Of a DNA stretch of 64,000 bases, positions 48,802 to 58,700 are shown piece after piece (within the stretch, counting starts at the first letter, position 1; each line of letters starts with the position of its first letter). Source of the stretch: Candidatus Latescibacterota bacterium (GTDB lineage Bacteria > Latescibacterota > UBA2968 > UBA8231); contig CBDCXV010000011.1 of assembly GCA_965223905.1 (NCBI GenBank), forward strand, positions 1,952,001 through 2,016,000, read 5' to 3'. The notes under the pieces are model-generated. The model was not told the origin of the DNA. It was given only the letters and a program-made list of their open reading frames with translations, and made no database searches. A program made the position numbers and the translations under genes.

Positions 48802-49842
48802 CTAGCGCACCTCGAGATTGTGTCGGATGGCGGCACTGATTCCATTTGGCTTGAAGGTGACGCAACGATTTTCCGCGTCGCTGACTTCGAGCCGGTGTAG
48901 AAGAAAGCCGTCAGGGCCGAGAGCGAGATGCGCCGCCTCTATACATTCAAAACTATGCGTGGTGGCGAATATCTGCGTGTGAAACTGCCTGGCTGCTTCG
49001 TCAATGGCCCGCCAGACATCGGGCAGTGCCGAGTGGTGAATGCCGTTTTCAATCTCATCGACGAGAACGACACCATCCGGCATGGAAGCTATGGCCAACA
49101 CGAGCCGGGCAATCTGAGTCATGCCTTCACCCATTGCTGGCAGCGGCACCAGTTCGGGCAACCCGATATCCCCCCAGATCATGGGAGCGCCGCTGGAGGA
49201 ATTGTCTTCGATGCTCTGTAGCTTCGGCTCGATGGCCTGTAGTGCTCTCAAGAGCAAATCGCCCTGTTTCTGTCTTCTCAACTGTCCCAGCTTCGTGGCA
49301 TCTTCCTGGGGATTCCTGGTTCGAGACAAGAGAATTGCAGTAGGCAAGAGAATCTTTGTGGCAGATTGATTGACCTCAAGGTCCTGTCCCTTGATGCGTA
49401 TGTGACTCTCAATTTCCTCATTGAAAGGGTCGCTGTACTGGAAAACGAGCGAACGTTCGTCGAAGAGATTCGTCGCCGAAACGTCGTCCGTACGCTCAAG
49501 GGAGATCTCGGTGGTGGACTGTCGCTCCGAGGTGATCTTCAAGGACAATTCACCACGCGATTCATGATATCCTGTAATGTCAATATGACGCCCCATGTCC
49601 AGATTGTAGAAAAGTTGTTTCCAGAAGGGATCTTGCACTGGAGCACCTGGTTCTTTTCCCCGAATAACATTGGCATTTACGGCCAATTGCGCGTTTCCGG
49701 CACCAGCCAAGAGAAAGAGTGCCTCGAGCAAGCTGGTCTTGCCGGAATTATTCTCTCCGGCGATGAGGTTGATGCTGCTCAACGGATCGATTTCAAGCGC
49801 GTTGAAGCAGCGGAAATTCCGTATCTGCAAGCGTTTCAACAT
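48802..49842 (-). CDS. AAA_15/AAA_21 ABC-type ATPase
   Basis: IRNFRCF, GENNSGKT, MGEG, VDEIENGIH, TTHS. Confidence 0.9.
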   Translation of the reverse strand: MLKRLQIRNFRCFNALEIDPLSSINLIAGENNSGKTSLLEALFLLAGAGNAQLAVNANVIRGKEPGAPVQDPFWKQLFYNLDMGRHIDITGYHESRGELSLKITSERQSTTEISLERTDDVSATNLFDERSLVFQYSDPFNEEIESHIRIKGQDLEVNQSATKILLPTAILLSRTRNPQEDATKLGQLRRQKQGDLLLRALQAIEPKLQSIEDNSSSGAPMIWGDIGLPELVPLPAMGEGMTQIARLVLAIASMPDGVVLVDEIENGIHHSALPDVWRAIDEAARQFHTQIFATTHSFECIEAAHLALGPDGFLLHRLEVSDAENRCVTFKPNGISAAIRHNLEVR

Positions 49843-49951
49843 GACATTGACTCCTCCATGATCCAAGAGTACAGGACAGAGAGCACTCGACAGACATGCT
49901 CAAGCCTCCTGCGCACCCGCGTCGGGTTCGTTGGAGGGAGTGGCTTTGCAT

Positions 49952-52900
49952 TCATGACGCCGTGTTGCCCCCGGGTCCCTCGGCTCGCGTATTGGTGATC
50001 GTGGGCTCTGAGGCCAAGCGTCGCCGCCAGTCCGCCAGGATACCAGCGTCGACGCCGAGCGCAGCTGCCGCAGCCCTGTCAAGAGTCTTGCGGGCCTCGC
50101 ATTCCTCGGCCTGCCTCATGGGGAGCAGTTCCGTGTCGCAGACCTGATCGAAGGCATCGCGCAGTGAGGTCCAGGCCGGGCTGTCCGGCTTCGGAATTCG
50201 GATTTCCCGAAGGTGCGCGAGCTGCCACGTCGGATAGGTCAACGTTTGTGCCCTTCGATTGAGCAGCATCAGCCGCACGGGGGTCGAGTTCCACCAGGCG
50301 GCAAGCGATTTCTGTCTATCTTCGCCGGGTACCGCAACTGGCACCCACCATCCGAATGATGGTTGTGCCGTCCACAAGCCCGTCACTCTTCCGCTCACCG
50401 TATTGAGACGCATCGGGACCAGAAGATGGCTTCGTTGCGCCTTGTATCGATCTGCCAAGCCGCGCTTGGCTGCCTTGGGCCGATACCAAACGTCAGGCTC
50501 ACTGAGCAGCGTGCGGCGTAGACTGCCCGCGACTGAATGGAACCCCGGGAGCGCTCCGGGCTCTTCTCCGTCGCAAACCTCGTAGGCGTCCTGGATGCGC
50601 TGGCCTGCGGGACCGATTTCATGGCGCAGTCCGGCGGGCTCCAACAGCGTATTGCGCTCCAGCTCCCATGCGGCCTCCGCCAAGGAGCCATCATACCACT
50701 GCGCCGGGGTCCAGTCCCCGGCGCTGACGAGGTCCGCCGGCCAACGCTGGACGCTGCCCCAGCCTCCTGGCGCACCGGAGGCGATGGCATCTGCCGCCGC
50801 AATCGCCTCTTCGGCGTCGTCCGGCATGACTCGGAGCGATACGAACTCCGTCGCCGGTCGCGCTCCTTGCGGATGGCGTCGACAGACGAGAAGACACTCG
50901 TGGATGCTGGTGTTTTCCGAGAAGTTGATCCGTTTCGGGTCATGCGTGGTCACGATACGTTCGACATGGAAGCGCTCGGCGAGGAAGCGCCGTTCGTCAA
51001 CGCCCGATGCCCCCGTGCAGGCCGTGGCCGGAATTACCTTGGCCAGCACGCCGCGGTCGGTTCGCAGTAGCTGGTCGGAAAGCGGCGTGAAGAACGTACG
51101 GATGCTGTTGGTCGTGATGACCCGCCCCGCCGCCGGATCGCGCTCTTGAAGCCTGTCCCGAATGTCCAGTTCATGCCGCTGCATGTCCTTTACCGACTCG
51201 GCGGTGAACTTTCGACTGCGCTTCCTGTTGTCGGTGAACGGCGCGTTCATGATCACGGCATCGACGCCGCGCAGCGGGAACCGGATTTCCTCACTCTCGT
51301 TCACCTGCTCGGCGTCGAAGTCCTCCAACGATTGCCTGGGCCGCGCCGCCTCGAACAGGTCGAGCCGCTCGGCCTTGGCATTCAGCAACTCAAGAGAGCC
51401 GGCCCTGAACGTGCCGTCGGCCTGCGGGCCGTGGGGCATGGTCAGAAGGTTCATGCGCGCGTAATCGACGGTCGGCGCGCCGAGTGTCATGTTGCAGGCA
51501 GCCAGCTGGACGCCGTGCTGGTTGATGTCCAGGCCGCAGAGCCCATCTTCGACGAGCCGCTTGTGCAGGGTATTTTCGTCCTCGCCGCTCAGCTCCCGAG
51601 TCTCGGCGACCCGGGCTTTGAGGGTCTGAAGCGTGGCCATGAGCAGCGTCCCGGTTCCGCAGGCGGGATCGATGATGCGGAGCGCCGCCACCGTCTCCGG
51701 GTCGGACCAGTCGAGCAAGTCCCGCGTGAAGGCGAGCCGCGCCAGCATGACGGCCGACAGGTTGTTGGTGTAGAAAGCTCCGTCACTCTTGGCTGAGCCG
51801 AGGATCCGGTGGTAAAGCGGTCCCGCGTGGTCGTAGCCGAGATCGCTCAGGGAGTCGGCGACGCGGTTGGCGCACTCGGCGACCATGCGGATGGCGTCGT
51901 CGATCGCCTTGCCTTCGCGCAGTGCCCCGAGCACCGCGAGGCCGGGCCGGAAGACCGGCGCGTAGTCCTTTTCGAGAATCGACTCCCAGGCGACTTCGAG
52001 AACCTCTCTCGGGTGTCTCGCGCCTGCGACCTTGTCGAGCCTGACGATGGTCTTCATCTCCGGCTCGTCGCGCAGGCGGCGCTGCAGCAGGCAGGCGTTG
52101 CAGAGCATGAGCGCGGCGACCGTGCAGATGCCCTTCGAGCCGCCGTCGTCTTCCGGCACGAGGTCGAGGGCTTCTGCGAGTGGACCCTCCATCGATTCTT
52201 CCTGGAGTACAGCGCTGGCGCGCCTCACCGCGTCGGCGATCTCGTCGGCGACGATCTGACCGGGCCTGCCGAGCCCCGAGGCCGCGGCGACATGGGCGTA
52301 GATCCCCTGCTCGGCTTCCTTCAATTCCAGTTCGCGCTGGAGATAGCCGTCCCCGGCTTCGCGCACCACGCCGCCGCCGCTCGAATCGGCCGGCGCCCTG
52401 GCCTTCTGCTCTTCGTAGACCTTGATGAAGTTGGCAGGCGACTCCGCGAGGCGTCCGTCGTGGGCCTGTAGCGCGCGCAGCACCCGGCCCACCGTCCCGT
52501 AGCCCTCGGTGCCTCGCTCGAGCGCCGCGGCCACATCTCGGCCCGGTTCGACGACGACGGGGATGATGATGTAGCCGAAGCGCTTGCCCGGCGCCTTCCT
52601 CATGACGCGGCCGACGGCCTGGACCACGTCGACCTGACTGTCGCGGGGGTCCAGGAAGGCAACGGCGTCGAGGGACGGCACGTCCACGCCCTCGGTGAAG
52701 AGCTTGACGTTGCAGACCACCCGGCACTCTTCGTCGCGGTCGGCCTCGGCCAGCGCCCGCAGTTCCTGATTGCGCCGAAGGGCGCTGGCCGAGGCATCGA
52801 GGTGCCGGGCCGTCACCTTCATCGCCCGGCCGGTCTGCATGCGCCGGGTCGTCGCCCCGAGAACCTGGCTCTCCATGAGCGCTTCGGCATACCACTTGGA

Positions 52901-54367
52901 GCGCGCGATGCTGTTGGCGAAGGCCATCGTACGCGGCAGCTGGCCGGGCTGCTCCAGACCCTGGCCTTCGGTGACACCGTTCACGGCCAGCGAGACGCCG
53001 AGCACGCGCGTCATGTCGTTGGTCGTGGGGGCCTGACCGCGCTTGGTCGTCGTGTCGATCTCCTCGAGGCGCCGGCGCAGGCCCTCGGTGACGCTGCCCT
53101 CGCTCACCCCGAGTACGATCACCCGGTAATCGGAGAGCATCTGGTGGTCCACGGCCTTGGCGAACGGAAGCCTGTGGAGTTCCGGCCCGTACACGTCGTA
53201 GTCACCCATGTCGACGACTTCGACTCCCCGTTCGGCGAGCTTGGCTCTCGACCGTTCGGTGTAGAGGCGCGGAGTGGCCGTCATGTAGAGGCGCTTGCGG
53301 GCTTGCAGCCGCGCGTCGTCATGGAACTCCTGGAAGTCGACCTCGCGGGCCCCGCCTGCACGGCGCTTCCCGAGAGTCGCTCCGGTCGTCCTGTGAGCCT
53401 CGTCGGCGATGGCTATATCGAAGACCGGCGCGTCATGAAGCGCCTGAGCCTCGGTGACCCGGCCCAGCGAGTGGTAGGTGCAGAAGACCACGCGGGTTGC
53501 GCCTTCGCCGTCTAGCGACTCCGCGATCTCGGCCGGGTCCGTCGTCACCGGACATTCAAGCTCAGAAATCCGGATATCCTCGTTCTCGTTTCGTCCGCCT
53601 GCGGTGGGATCGGAGCACACGACCATGCATTCAAGCCTGCGCGTCGTCTGCCGGAGCCATTCGCGCCGCGCCTGAGAGACCAGCGCGATGGTCGGGGCAG
53701 CGAAGAGAATCCGCTGTCCGTCTTCGACGATCTCCTCGGCGATGCGAAGGGCGGTGAAGGTCTTGCCCGTCCCGCAGGCCATGATGAGCCGGCCCCGGTC
53801 GTGGTGGGCAAGTCCGGTGACAGCGTCTTCGATCGCCTCGGCCTGAAGAGGCCAGGGCTCCTGCACCGGGCGCCTGGCGTCCTCCTCCTCGACCTGGACG
53901 TTCAGATACTGCCGAAAGTCGACCTGCGTGATTTGGGGATGGGCGTTCTGGATGGCGCGCTCCGCATTCGGCCCCCATCGGCACGTCGCCACGATCCAAC
54001 GCAGGCGGAAGACCGGCTGTTGGGAGCCGCCGAGAAACTTGTCGATCCCGCCCTTGCCGAGAACATGCCGGTCGTCGTAGCACTTGCACTGGATGGCGAC
54101 CCACTCGCCGGAGGTTCGCCGCGCCACGAGATCGATCCCGATGTCCCGTCCGTCGAGTCCGGTCAGAGCCTCGCGCTCGGGCCAGTCGGGCCAGCGCCAG
54201 ATTTCCTCGATCTCGAACTCCGGCTCCTGAAGCGCGACCCGCATGAACAATTGTTCGAACCAGCGCCCCTTCTCGGCCTCGTCGCGGCTGTCCTCGCGGA
54301 TGCGGTCGAGGACGACGCGCGCGCTCGGCCTACCCGCGAGATCGAGGTTCATCTGTGCTTCCGTCAT
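49952..54367 (-). CDS. Type ISP-like restriction-modification enzyme (Mrr-like nuclease, SF2 helicase, adenine MTase, TRD)
   Basis: DIGIDLVA...AIQCK, MACGTGKT, DEAH, TAT, QAVGRVMRK, DPACGTG, NAPF. Confidence 0.88.
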   Translation of the reverse strand: MTEAQMNLDLAGRPSARVVLDRIREDSRDEAEKGRWFEQLFMRVALQEPEFEIEEIWRWPDWPEREALTGLDGRDIGIDLVARRTSGEWVAIQCKCYDDRHVLGKGGIDKFLGGSQQPVFRLRWIVATCRWGPNAERAIQNAHPQITQVDFRQYLNVQVEEEDARRPVQEPWPLQAEAIEDAVTGLAHHDRGRLIMACGTGKTFTALRIAEEIVEDGQRILFAAPTIALVSQARREWLRQTTRRLECMVVCSDPTAGGRNENEDIRISELECPVTTDPAEIAESLDGEGATRVVFCTYHSLGRVTEAQALHDAPVFDIAIADEAHRTTGATLGKRRAGGAREVDFQEFHDDARLQARKRLYMTATPRLYTERSRAKLAERGVEVVDMGDYDVYGPELHRLPFAKAVDHQMLSDYRVIVLGVSEGSVTEGLRRRLEEIDTTTKRGQAPTTNDMTRVLGVSLAVNGVTEGQGLEQPGQLPRTMAFANSIARSKWYAEALMESQVLGATTRRMQTGRAMKVTARHLDASASALRRNQELRALAEADRDEECRVVCNVKLFTEGVDVPSLDAVAFLDPRDSQVDVVQAVGRVMRKAPGKRFGYIIIPVVVEPGRDVAAALERGTEGYGTVGRVLRALQAHDGRLAESPANFIKVYEEQKARAPADSSGGGVVREAGDGYLQRELELKEAEQGIYAHVAAASGLGRPGQIVADEIADAVRRASAVLQEESMEGPLAEALDLVPEDDGGSKGICTVAALMLCNACLLQRRLRDEPEMKTIVRLDKVAGARHPREVLEVAWESILEKDYAPVFRPGLAVLGALREGKAIDDAIRMVAECANRVADSLSDLGYDHAGPLYHRILGSAKSDGAFYTNNLSAVMLARLAFTRDLLDWSDPETVAALRIIDPACGTGTLLMATLQTLKARVAETRELSGEDENTLHKRLVEDGLCGLDINQHGVQLAACNMTLGAPTVDYARMNLLTMPHGPQADGTFRAGSLELLNAKAERLDLFEAARPRQSLEDFDAEQVNESEEIRFPLRGVDAVIMNAPFTDNRKRSRKFTAESVKDMQRHELDIRDRLQERDPAAGRVITTNSIRTFFTPLSDQLLRTDRGVLAKVIPATACTGASGVDERRFLAERFHVERIVTTHDPKRINFSENTSIHECLLVCRRHPQGARPATEFVSLRVMPDDAEEAIAAADAIASGAPGGWGSVQRWPADLVSAGDWTPAQWYDGSLAEAAWELERNTLLEPAGLRHEIGPAGQRIQDAYEVCDGEEPGALPGFHSVAGSLRRTLLSEPDVWYRPKAAKRGLADRYKAQRSHLLVPMRLNTVSGRVTGLWTAQPSFGWWVPVAVPGEDRQKSLAAWWNSTPVRLMLLNRRAQTLTYPTWQLAHLREIRIPKPDSPAWTSLRDAFDQVCDTELLPMRQAEECEARKTLDRAAAAALGVDAGILADWRRRLASEPTITNTRAEGPGGNTAS

Positions 54368-54369
54368 GA

Positions 54370-54756
54370 TTACGCCGCCTCGATATCGGTGCGTGCGAAT
54401 TCCTCGCCCTTGAACAGGAGCGGTTCCCCGGTCGTGCGCGCCAGGGCGTAGGCGAAGCAGTCGCCGAAGTTGAGAGCCGCCGGATGATTGCCTTTCCCGA
54501 AGCGCCGCCAGGCGCGTCTCGCCTCCTGGGCATGTTCGGGCATGACTGGTGCCGGATCGATCTCCGCCTTGTCCAGGAAGGCGTCGCACTCGTGACCCGC
54601 CGCGGCGCCGCCCCGGCTCTCCACGACGATGTATACCTCCAGCAGATTGGCCACCGACATGCGGCAGTTCAGTGCCGCGGCGATCGCCTTCTCGTAGCGC
54701 TCCGCATCCGCCTCGCGGAGCAGAACGGCCAGCACAGCCGAGCTGTCGACGATCAC
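54370..54756 (-). CDS. vapC: VapC PIN-domain toxin
   Basis: MIVDSSA, LNFGDCFAYA, LLFKG. Confidence 0.93.
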   Translation of the reverse strand: MIVDSSAVLAVLLREADAERYEKAIAAALNCRMSVANLLEVYIVVESRGGAAAGHECDAFLDKAEIDPAPVMPEHAQEARRAWRRFGKGNHPAALNFGDCFAYALARTTGEPLLFKGEEFARTDIEAA

Positions 54757-55010
54757 TTGGGTAATCCGCCCTCGTCGTAGAGTAGATCGCCGTGCTCAAC
54801 CGCGGAGGGGCCCGGGCCCAGCAGCCGAGCACAGCGCTCGGCGATTGCCCGCAACTCCCTTGCACGGGTCTCGGCGCTGCGTTCGCGCCTCTCCCGTTCG
54901 AGACGTTCCCGCAACGCCACGGTGATCGCCTTGGTCTTGGTCTCGCCGGTCAGTCGAGCGAGCTCGCCGGCGAGCCGGCAGGTCTCGTCGTTCTTGATGT
55001 TCAGGCTCAT
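54753..55010 (-). CDS. vapB: VapB antitoxin (Rv0623-like)
   Basis: MSLNIKN...LARLTGE...LYDEGGLP; GTGA overlap with vapC. Confidence 0.9.
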   Translation of the reverse strand: MSLNIKNDETCRLAGELARLTGETKTKAITVALRERLERERRERSAETRARELRAIAERCARLLGPGPSAVEHGDLLYDEGGLPK

Positions 55011-55019
55011 TTCCGCTTC

Positions 55020-55052
55020 CAGGGTAGAATTGAGGCGTCGAGTTCTACCCTG
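55020..55052. promoter_or_regulatory. Inverted repeat, probable VapBC operator
   Basis: CAGGGTAGAA-N13-TTCTACCCTG between a minus-strand TAGAAT (55053-55058) and the vapB ATG. Confidence 0.7.
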
Positions 55053-55229
55053 ATTCTAAGTGGCGCGGCCATCAGGCGCCACACCGGCGCAAGTTACGCC
55101 GGAGACAGCACCATGGGTGCCGCTTCCCCCGCCCCGCGCACCGCCCCGGCGGGTCTCGCGAGCCGGCTTCCCGACGCCGGCCCCTTCGATGTGCCGCCCT
55201 CCCGGCCGGGCTTCCAGGCCTCCGTCGGT

Positions 55230-56432
55230 TCATGGCCGCTCCGTCACCGTTTCCTTGGCCTCCAGCCGCCTGCCCGCCAGGGGATGCATGACCCCGGCGC
55301 CGGCAGGCCACACACCCGGCTCGGCCTTCAGGCCGCGGCAGATGCGCTGCCCGTGAGGGGACAGAGTCTCCCAGATTTCATGGGGCATCGTCTTCCGGAA
55401 CTCCCTGAGTTCGTCGATCCACGCCGGGGCGTATTCGACGTTGGGCATGGCGCGGACTTCGCGGCTCAGGTTGGGGGTGCCGCCGTGCCAGGCCCGGTGG
55501 TCGCGGAACACCCCGGCTCCGGCAGGGGCCCCGACCAACGTCGAGAGGCGCATCCACTCCGGTTCCTCTTCCTGGGAAGGCGGATCGAAAGCGGATGACT
55601 GGGTCGCCGGAATCTGCCTGACCGGCCCGTTCTCCCAGGTCATGTCCGTCATCAGGAAGTTGATTATCACCAGCTGCGGAGTCAGCTCGATTACCTTGCG
55701 CCGGGTCTGTTCGTCGAGGCCGCCCGAGGCGCCGCCGCCGGACAGCTCGACCCCGAGCGACTCGGCCTGCCTGAGGCGGGAAGCCGGCATCTCGTGCGAC
55801 TCCCTGCCGTCGGCGTGGAGGTGCTGGTACTCGATGGCTCCCGGAAGGCACAGGTCGCCCCCTGATCCCGCGCAGAGGTATTCCGGCGATCCGAAGATTT
55901 CGGTGAGTATGGGGGTCGTCGCCGGCAGGTCGACCATCGAGGCCCAGACCGGATCGTGCAGCAGCTGCCGCGAAGCGGAGGAGGATCCGTAGCTGTAGCG
56001 GTGGGGCAGGCGGCCGCTCTCGTTGACGTACTTGCGGCCGTCGCTTCCGGGGATCTCGAGGATCCGGCGGAGCACGCGCGCGCAGCCGGCGCGCCAGCGG
56101 CTCAGTGCGTCCGCGTCGAGGAGGTCGCGAACGACGACGAAACCGTCGCGCCGGAAGATGCGGGCGGCGCGCTCGATTTCGGAGGGCTCGCAGATGTCGA
56201 GACCGCGCATGCCGTTGTGCCGGCGAAGGTGGTCCCGCAGCGCTGCCACATCCGGGTCGTCATGAACCCGGCGGGCGGGAGAGCGCGGGTCGGGATGTCC
56301 GGGGCGCCGCTCCTCCGGAGCCAGGCGGCGGCCCTCGTCGTCGACGAACTCGTTCGGCAGGGTCCGGCCGCACCAGCCGACCGGGCTGTCTCCGTGTACG
56401 GTCAGGGCGTCGAGTTCGGGGGTCGGTGTCAT
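55230..56432 (-). CDS. PhyH family dioxygenase
   Basis: FRRDGFVVV, LHAD, WHGGTPN. Confidence 0.85.
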   Translation of the reverse strand: MTPTPELDALTVHGDSPVGWCGRTLPNEFVDDEGRRLAPEERRPGHPDPRSPARRVHDDPDVAALRDHLRRHNGMRGLDICEPSEIERAARIFRRDGFVVVRDLLDADALSRWRAGCARVLRRILEIPGSDGRKYVNESGRLPHRYSYGSSSASRQLLHDPVWASMVDLPATTPILTEIFGSPEYLCAGSGGDLCLPGAIEYQHLHADGRESHEMPASRLRQAESLGVELSGGGASGGLDEQTRRKVIELTPQLVIINFLMTDMTWENGPVRQIPATQSSAFDPPSQEEEPEWMRLSTLVGAPAGAGVFRDHRAWHGGTPNLSREVRAMPNVEYAPAWIDELREFRKTMPHEIWETLSPHGQRICRGLKAEPGVWPAGAGVMHPLAGRRLEAKETVTERP

Positions 56433-56464
56433 GGCGTTACCGCCCCCGGTTCATTTGGCGAGAA

Positions 56465-56705
56465 GCCTGGTGCCCGAGCGCGTAGTTCCGCGTGAATCCG
56501 GCCGCCGCTGCATCGCGAGGGATAAAATCGCAGTTCAATCCGAACCATTTCATCTGTGCGATTTTTCCCTCAACGCCGGCTCGGGGCGTTCCCTTCCACG
56601 GGGCGTAGGGAAACGCCTGGTACCTGAGCGCGCATTCCCCGTGAATACGGAACCTGCTTCCCCGCACACGGGGCCCTCGTTTGAACGCTTGCTTACGCGC
56701 GCAGG
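56465..56705. repeat. Intergenic repeat cluster (two direct copies, one partial inverted copy, central hairpin)
   Basis: 56465-56514 and 56615-56650 similar. GAGGGATAAAATCGCA...TGCGATTTTTCCCTC stem between them. Confidence 0.65.
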
Positions 56706-56746
56706 CACTGGCGGAATGCGGCCGGCGCCGTTCTCGCAGCGGCCGC

Positions 56747-57904
56747 CTACGCCAGATCCAGGGCCCACCGGGTAGCCGCCACGTGAGTTACGCTGTCGCC
56801 GAGAGTCATGTAGTACACTGTGAACAGCGAGCCGTCCGAAAGCTCGACCGTCCGCGGATAACCCAGGTCGGCGGACGTGCCTTTCCCCGCCTCCCTCCCG
56901 TCGGTGGTGAGACCGTCGCCGCGCAGCACGATCCCGTCCGCGGGTTCCCAGGTTTCGCAGCCGTCGCGGGACACGCAGGCCCACACCCCGTACGGAGCCC
57001 GCCGGTACCCGTAGCTGCAGAGGACGTCGCCGCTGCCCAGCAGCAGCAGGTGCGGAGGATACCCCCACAATCCGGTATTTCTGATCTCGCTCCAGGTTCT
57101 GCCGCCGTCGTCCGAGTGCGTCTGGAACAGGTACTTCTCTTCATGAGGAATGCGTTTGCTGCCGCTTGCCGTGCGCACCATCGCCACGATGCGTCCGCCC
57201 GGCAGCGCCAGGAGGCTGCTCTCGTTGAACGGATGCTCCCCGCCGTCGTACGCCATCGTCACCATCTCCCAGGTGTCCCCGCCGTCTTCGGAGCGCAGCA
57301 CCCAGGCCCGGAACGGATCCCCTGCCGCGGCGCTGCCGTACACCTGATTGAGAATGGTATCGTCGGCGAGAACGCAGCTCTTCAGGTCGGTCCCGTTGCG
57401 GACCAGGGCGAAGAACGGCAGCTCTTCGCCGCTCCTGAGCAGGCGGTGTTCCCAACCGCTTTCTCCCGGCCGCTTGCTCGACATCCGCAGGCTGTGCTCC
57501 ACGTGGATGCGTTCGGGAAAATCCTCAACCGCAAACCCGCGCCGCGCGAACTCCTCCCTGCGCTCGGGCGGGTACGCGTTGACGGGCCTGGAGATCCTGA
57601 CCTGGGTGCCGTCGCTCAGCACCGCGCTTCTCAACGCCTCCGGGCATTCGCGGTACCGGTCGTCCTTCCCCTGCTCGAACCAGCTGCCCCCGCCGTCCGG
57701 AGAGAACAGCTCTTCGTGACCGGTCGCGCCCCCCGCCAGTCCGCCCGCATGGGAGTGCGCCGCACCTTCGACGCCGCGCGCCAGCGGCGTGTGGGAGTTC
57801 CAGTTGAAACCGACCCAGAGCTCGTCGCCGTCTCTCTTTGCCACGGTCGGGAAGCTGGAATACCGGGCCTCGTCCCGGTACAACACGGAATGGTTCATAG
57901 TCAT
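56747..57904 (-). CDS. Sialidase/BNR-repeat protein
   Basis: YSSFP and Asp boxes SPDGGGSW, SEDGGDTW, SDDGGRTW, SRDGCETW; DLGYP. Confidence 0.88.
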   Translation of the reverse strand: MTMNHSVLYRDEARYSSFPTVAKRDGDELWVGFNWNSHTPLARGVEGAAHSHAGGLAGGATGHEELFSPDGGGSWFEQGKDDRYRECPEALRSAVLSDGTQVRISRPVNAYPPERREEFARRGFAVEDFPERIHVEHSLRMSSKRPGESGWEHRLLRSGEELPFFALVRNGTDLKSCVLADDTILNQVYGSAAAGDPFRAWVLRSEDGGDTWEMVTMAYDGGEHPFNESSLLALPGGRIVAMVRTASGSKRIPHEEKYLFQTHSDDGGRTWSEIRNTGLWGYPPHLLLLGSGDVLCSYGYRRAPYGVWACVSRDGCETWEPADGIVLRGDGLTTDGREAGKGTSADLGYPRTVELSDGSLFTVYYMTLGDSVTHVAATRWALDLA

Positions 57905-58003
57905 ATGGGTTCACCTGCCATAGATTCGCCTCCGATTGCAAACCGCCAATGATATACAAACCCCGCCGGCGCCCGCGAAACGCGGGTCCGCAGCGAGGGA
58001 ATC

Positions 58004-58519
58004 ATGCAGCCGATAGATATCGGATCGAGCAAACAGCTGTTCTTCGACGACCGCTTCATCGCCACCAGCAACGGAGTGGAACTGGCGATGAATCCACCCT
58101 ACCAGGCCGCCGAGCCGGTGGTGACCGTCGACGCCCCCTGGGAGGACCCGTCCGACACGAGCTTCGGCATCTACAGCAGCGTGCTGGGGGAGGATGACGG
58201 CCGCGTCCGGATGTGGTACCACGTGCGCAGGGCCAGGGAGGATTCCGAGCTCAGCCTCGACCAGGCCTGCGTCGGCTATGCCGAATCGACGGACGGCATC
58301 CACTTCGAAAAGCCGGTGCTGAACCTCGTCGACGAGGGCGGGTCGACCGCCAACAACATCGTCCTCCCGAGCAAGCTCGGCGGCAGCTCGGTCTGGATAG
58401 ACCCCAATGCCCCGGCGGAAGAGCGCTACAAGAACCAGTCGAAGGTCTACAATCCCGAAGTGGCGATGCAGTTCCACATGCACAGCTCGCCGGACGGCAT
58501 CCACTGGAAATTCCTTCGC
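58004..58519 (+). pseudogene. 5' fragment of a beta-propeller glycoside hydrolase-like gene
   Basis: KQLFFDD, YAESTDGIHFEKP, SPDGIHW, then homology to the paralogs stops. Confidence 0.75.
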
Positions 58520-58700
58520 CGACGCCCCGGTGCGCTATCTGGATCTCGTCGCCAGCCGGCGCCGCCAGAAAGATGCCGCCAGCGCCCGCCGGCTCAACGT
58601 GGACGCCCGGGGAGCTCGGAACGCCGGCGGCGAACCGAGCGTAGCGGGCTATCAAAAGTAGGTCCAGTTAAATGGATACCCCCATCGTGCGTTATATCGT

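Noticed and set aside
48158-49842. Calling the pair PARIS (ariAB) outright
   Set aside because: The partner looks DUF3226-like rather than DUF4435; the analogy is unverified without HMMs.
54368-54865. N-terminal extension of the 1637-aa ORF as a VapC-RM fusion
   Set aside because: It overlaps vapBC in another frame. The real start is ATG 54367 and vapC has its own stop.
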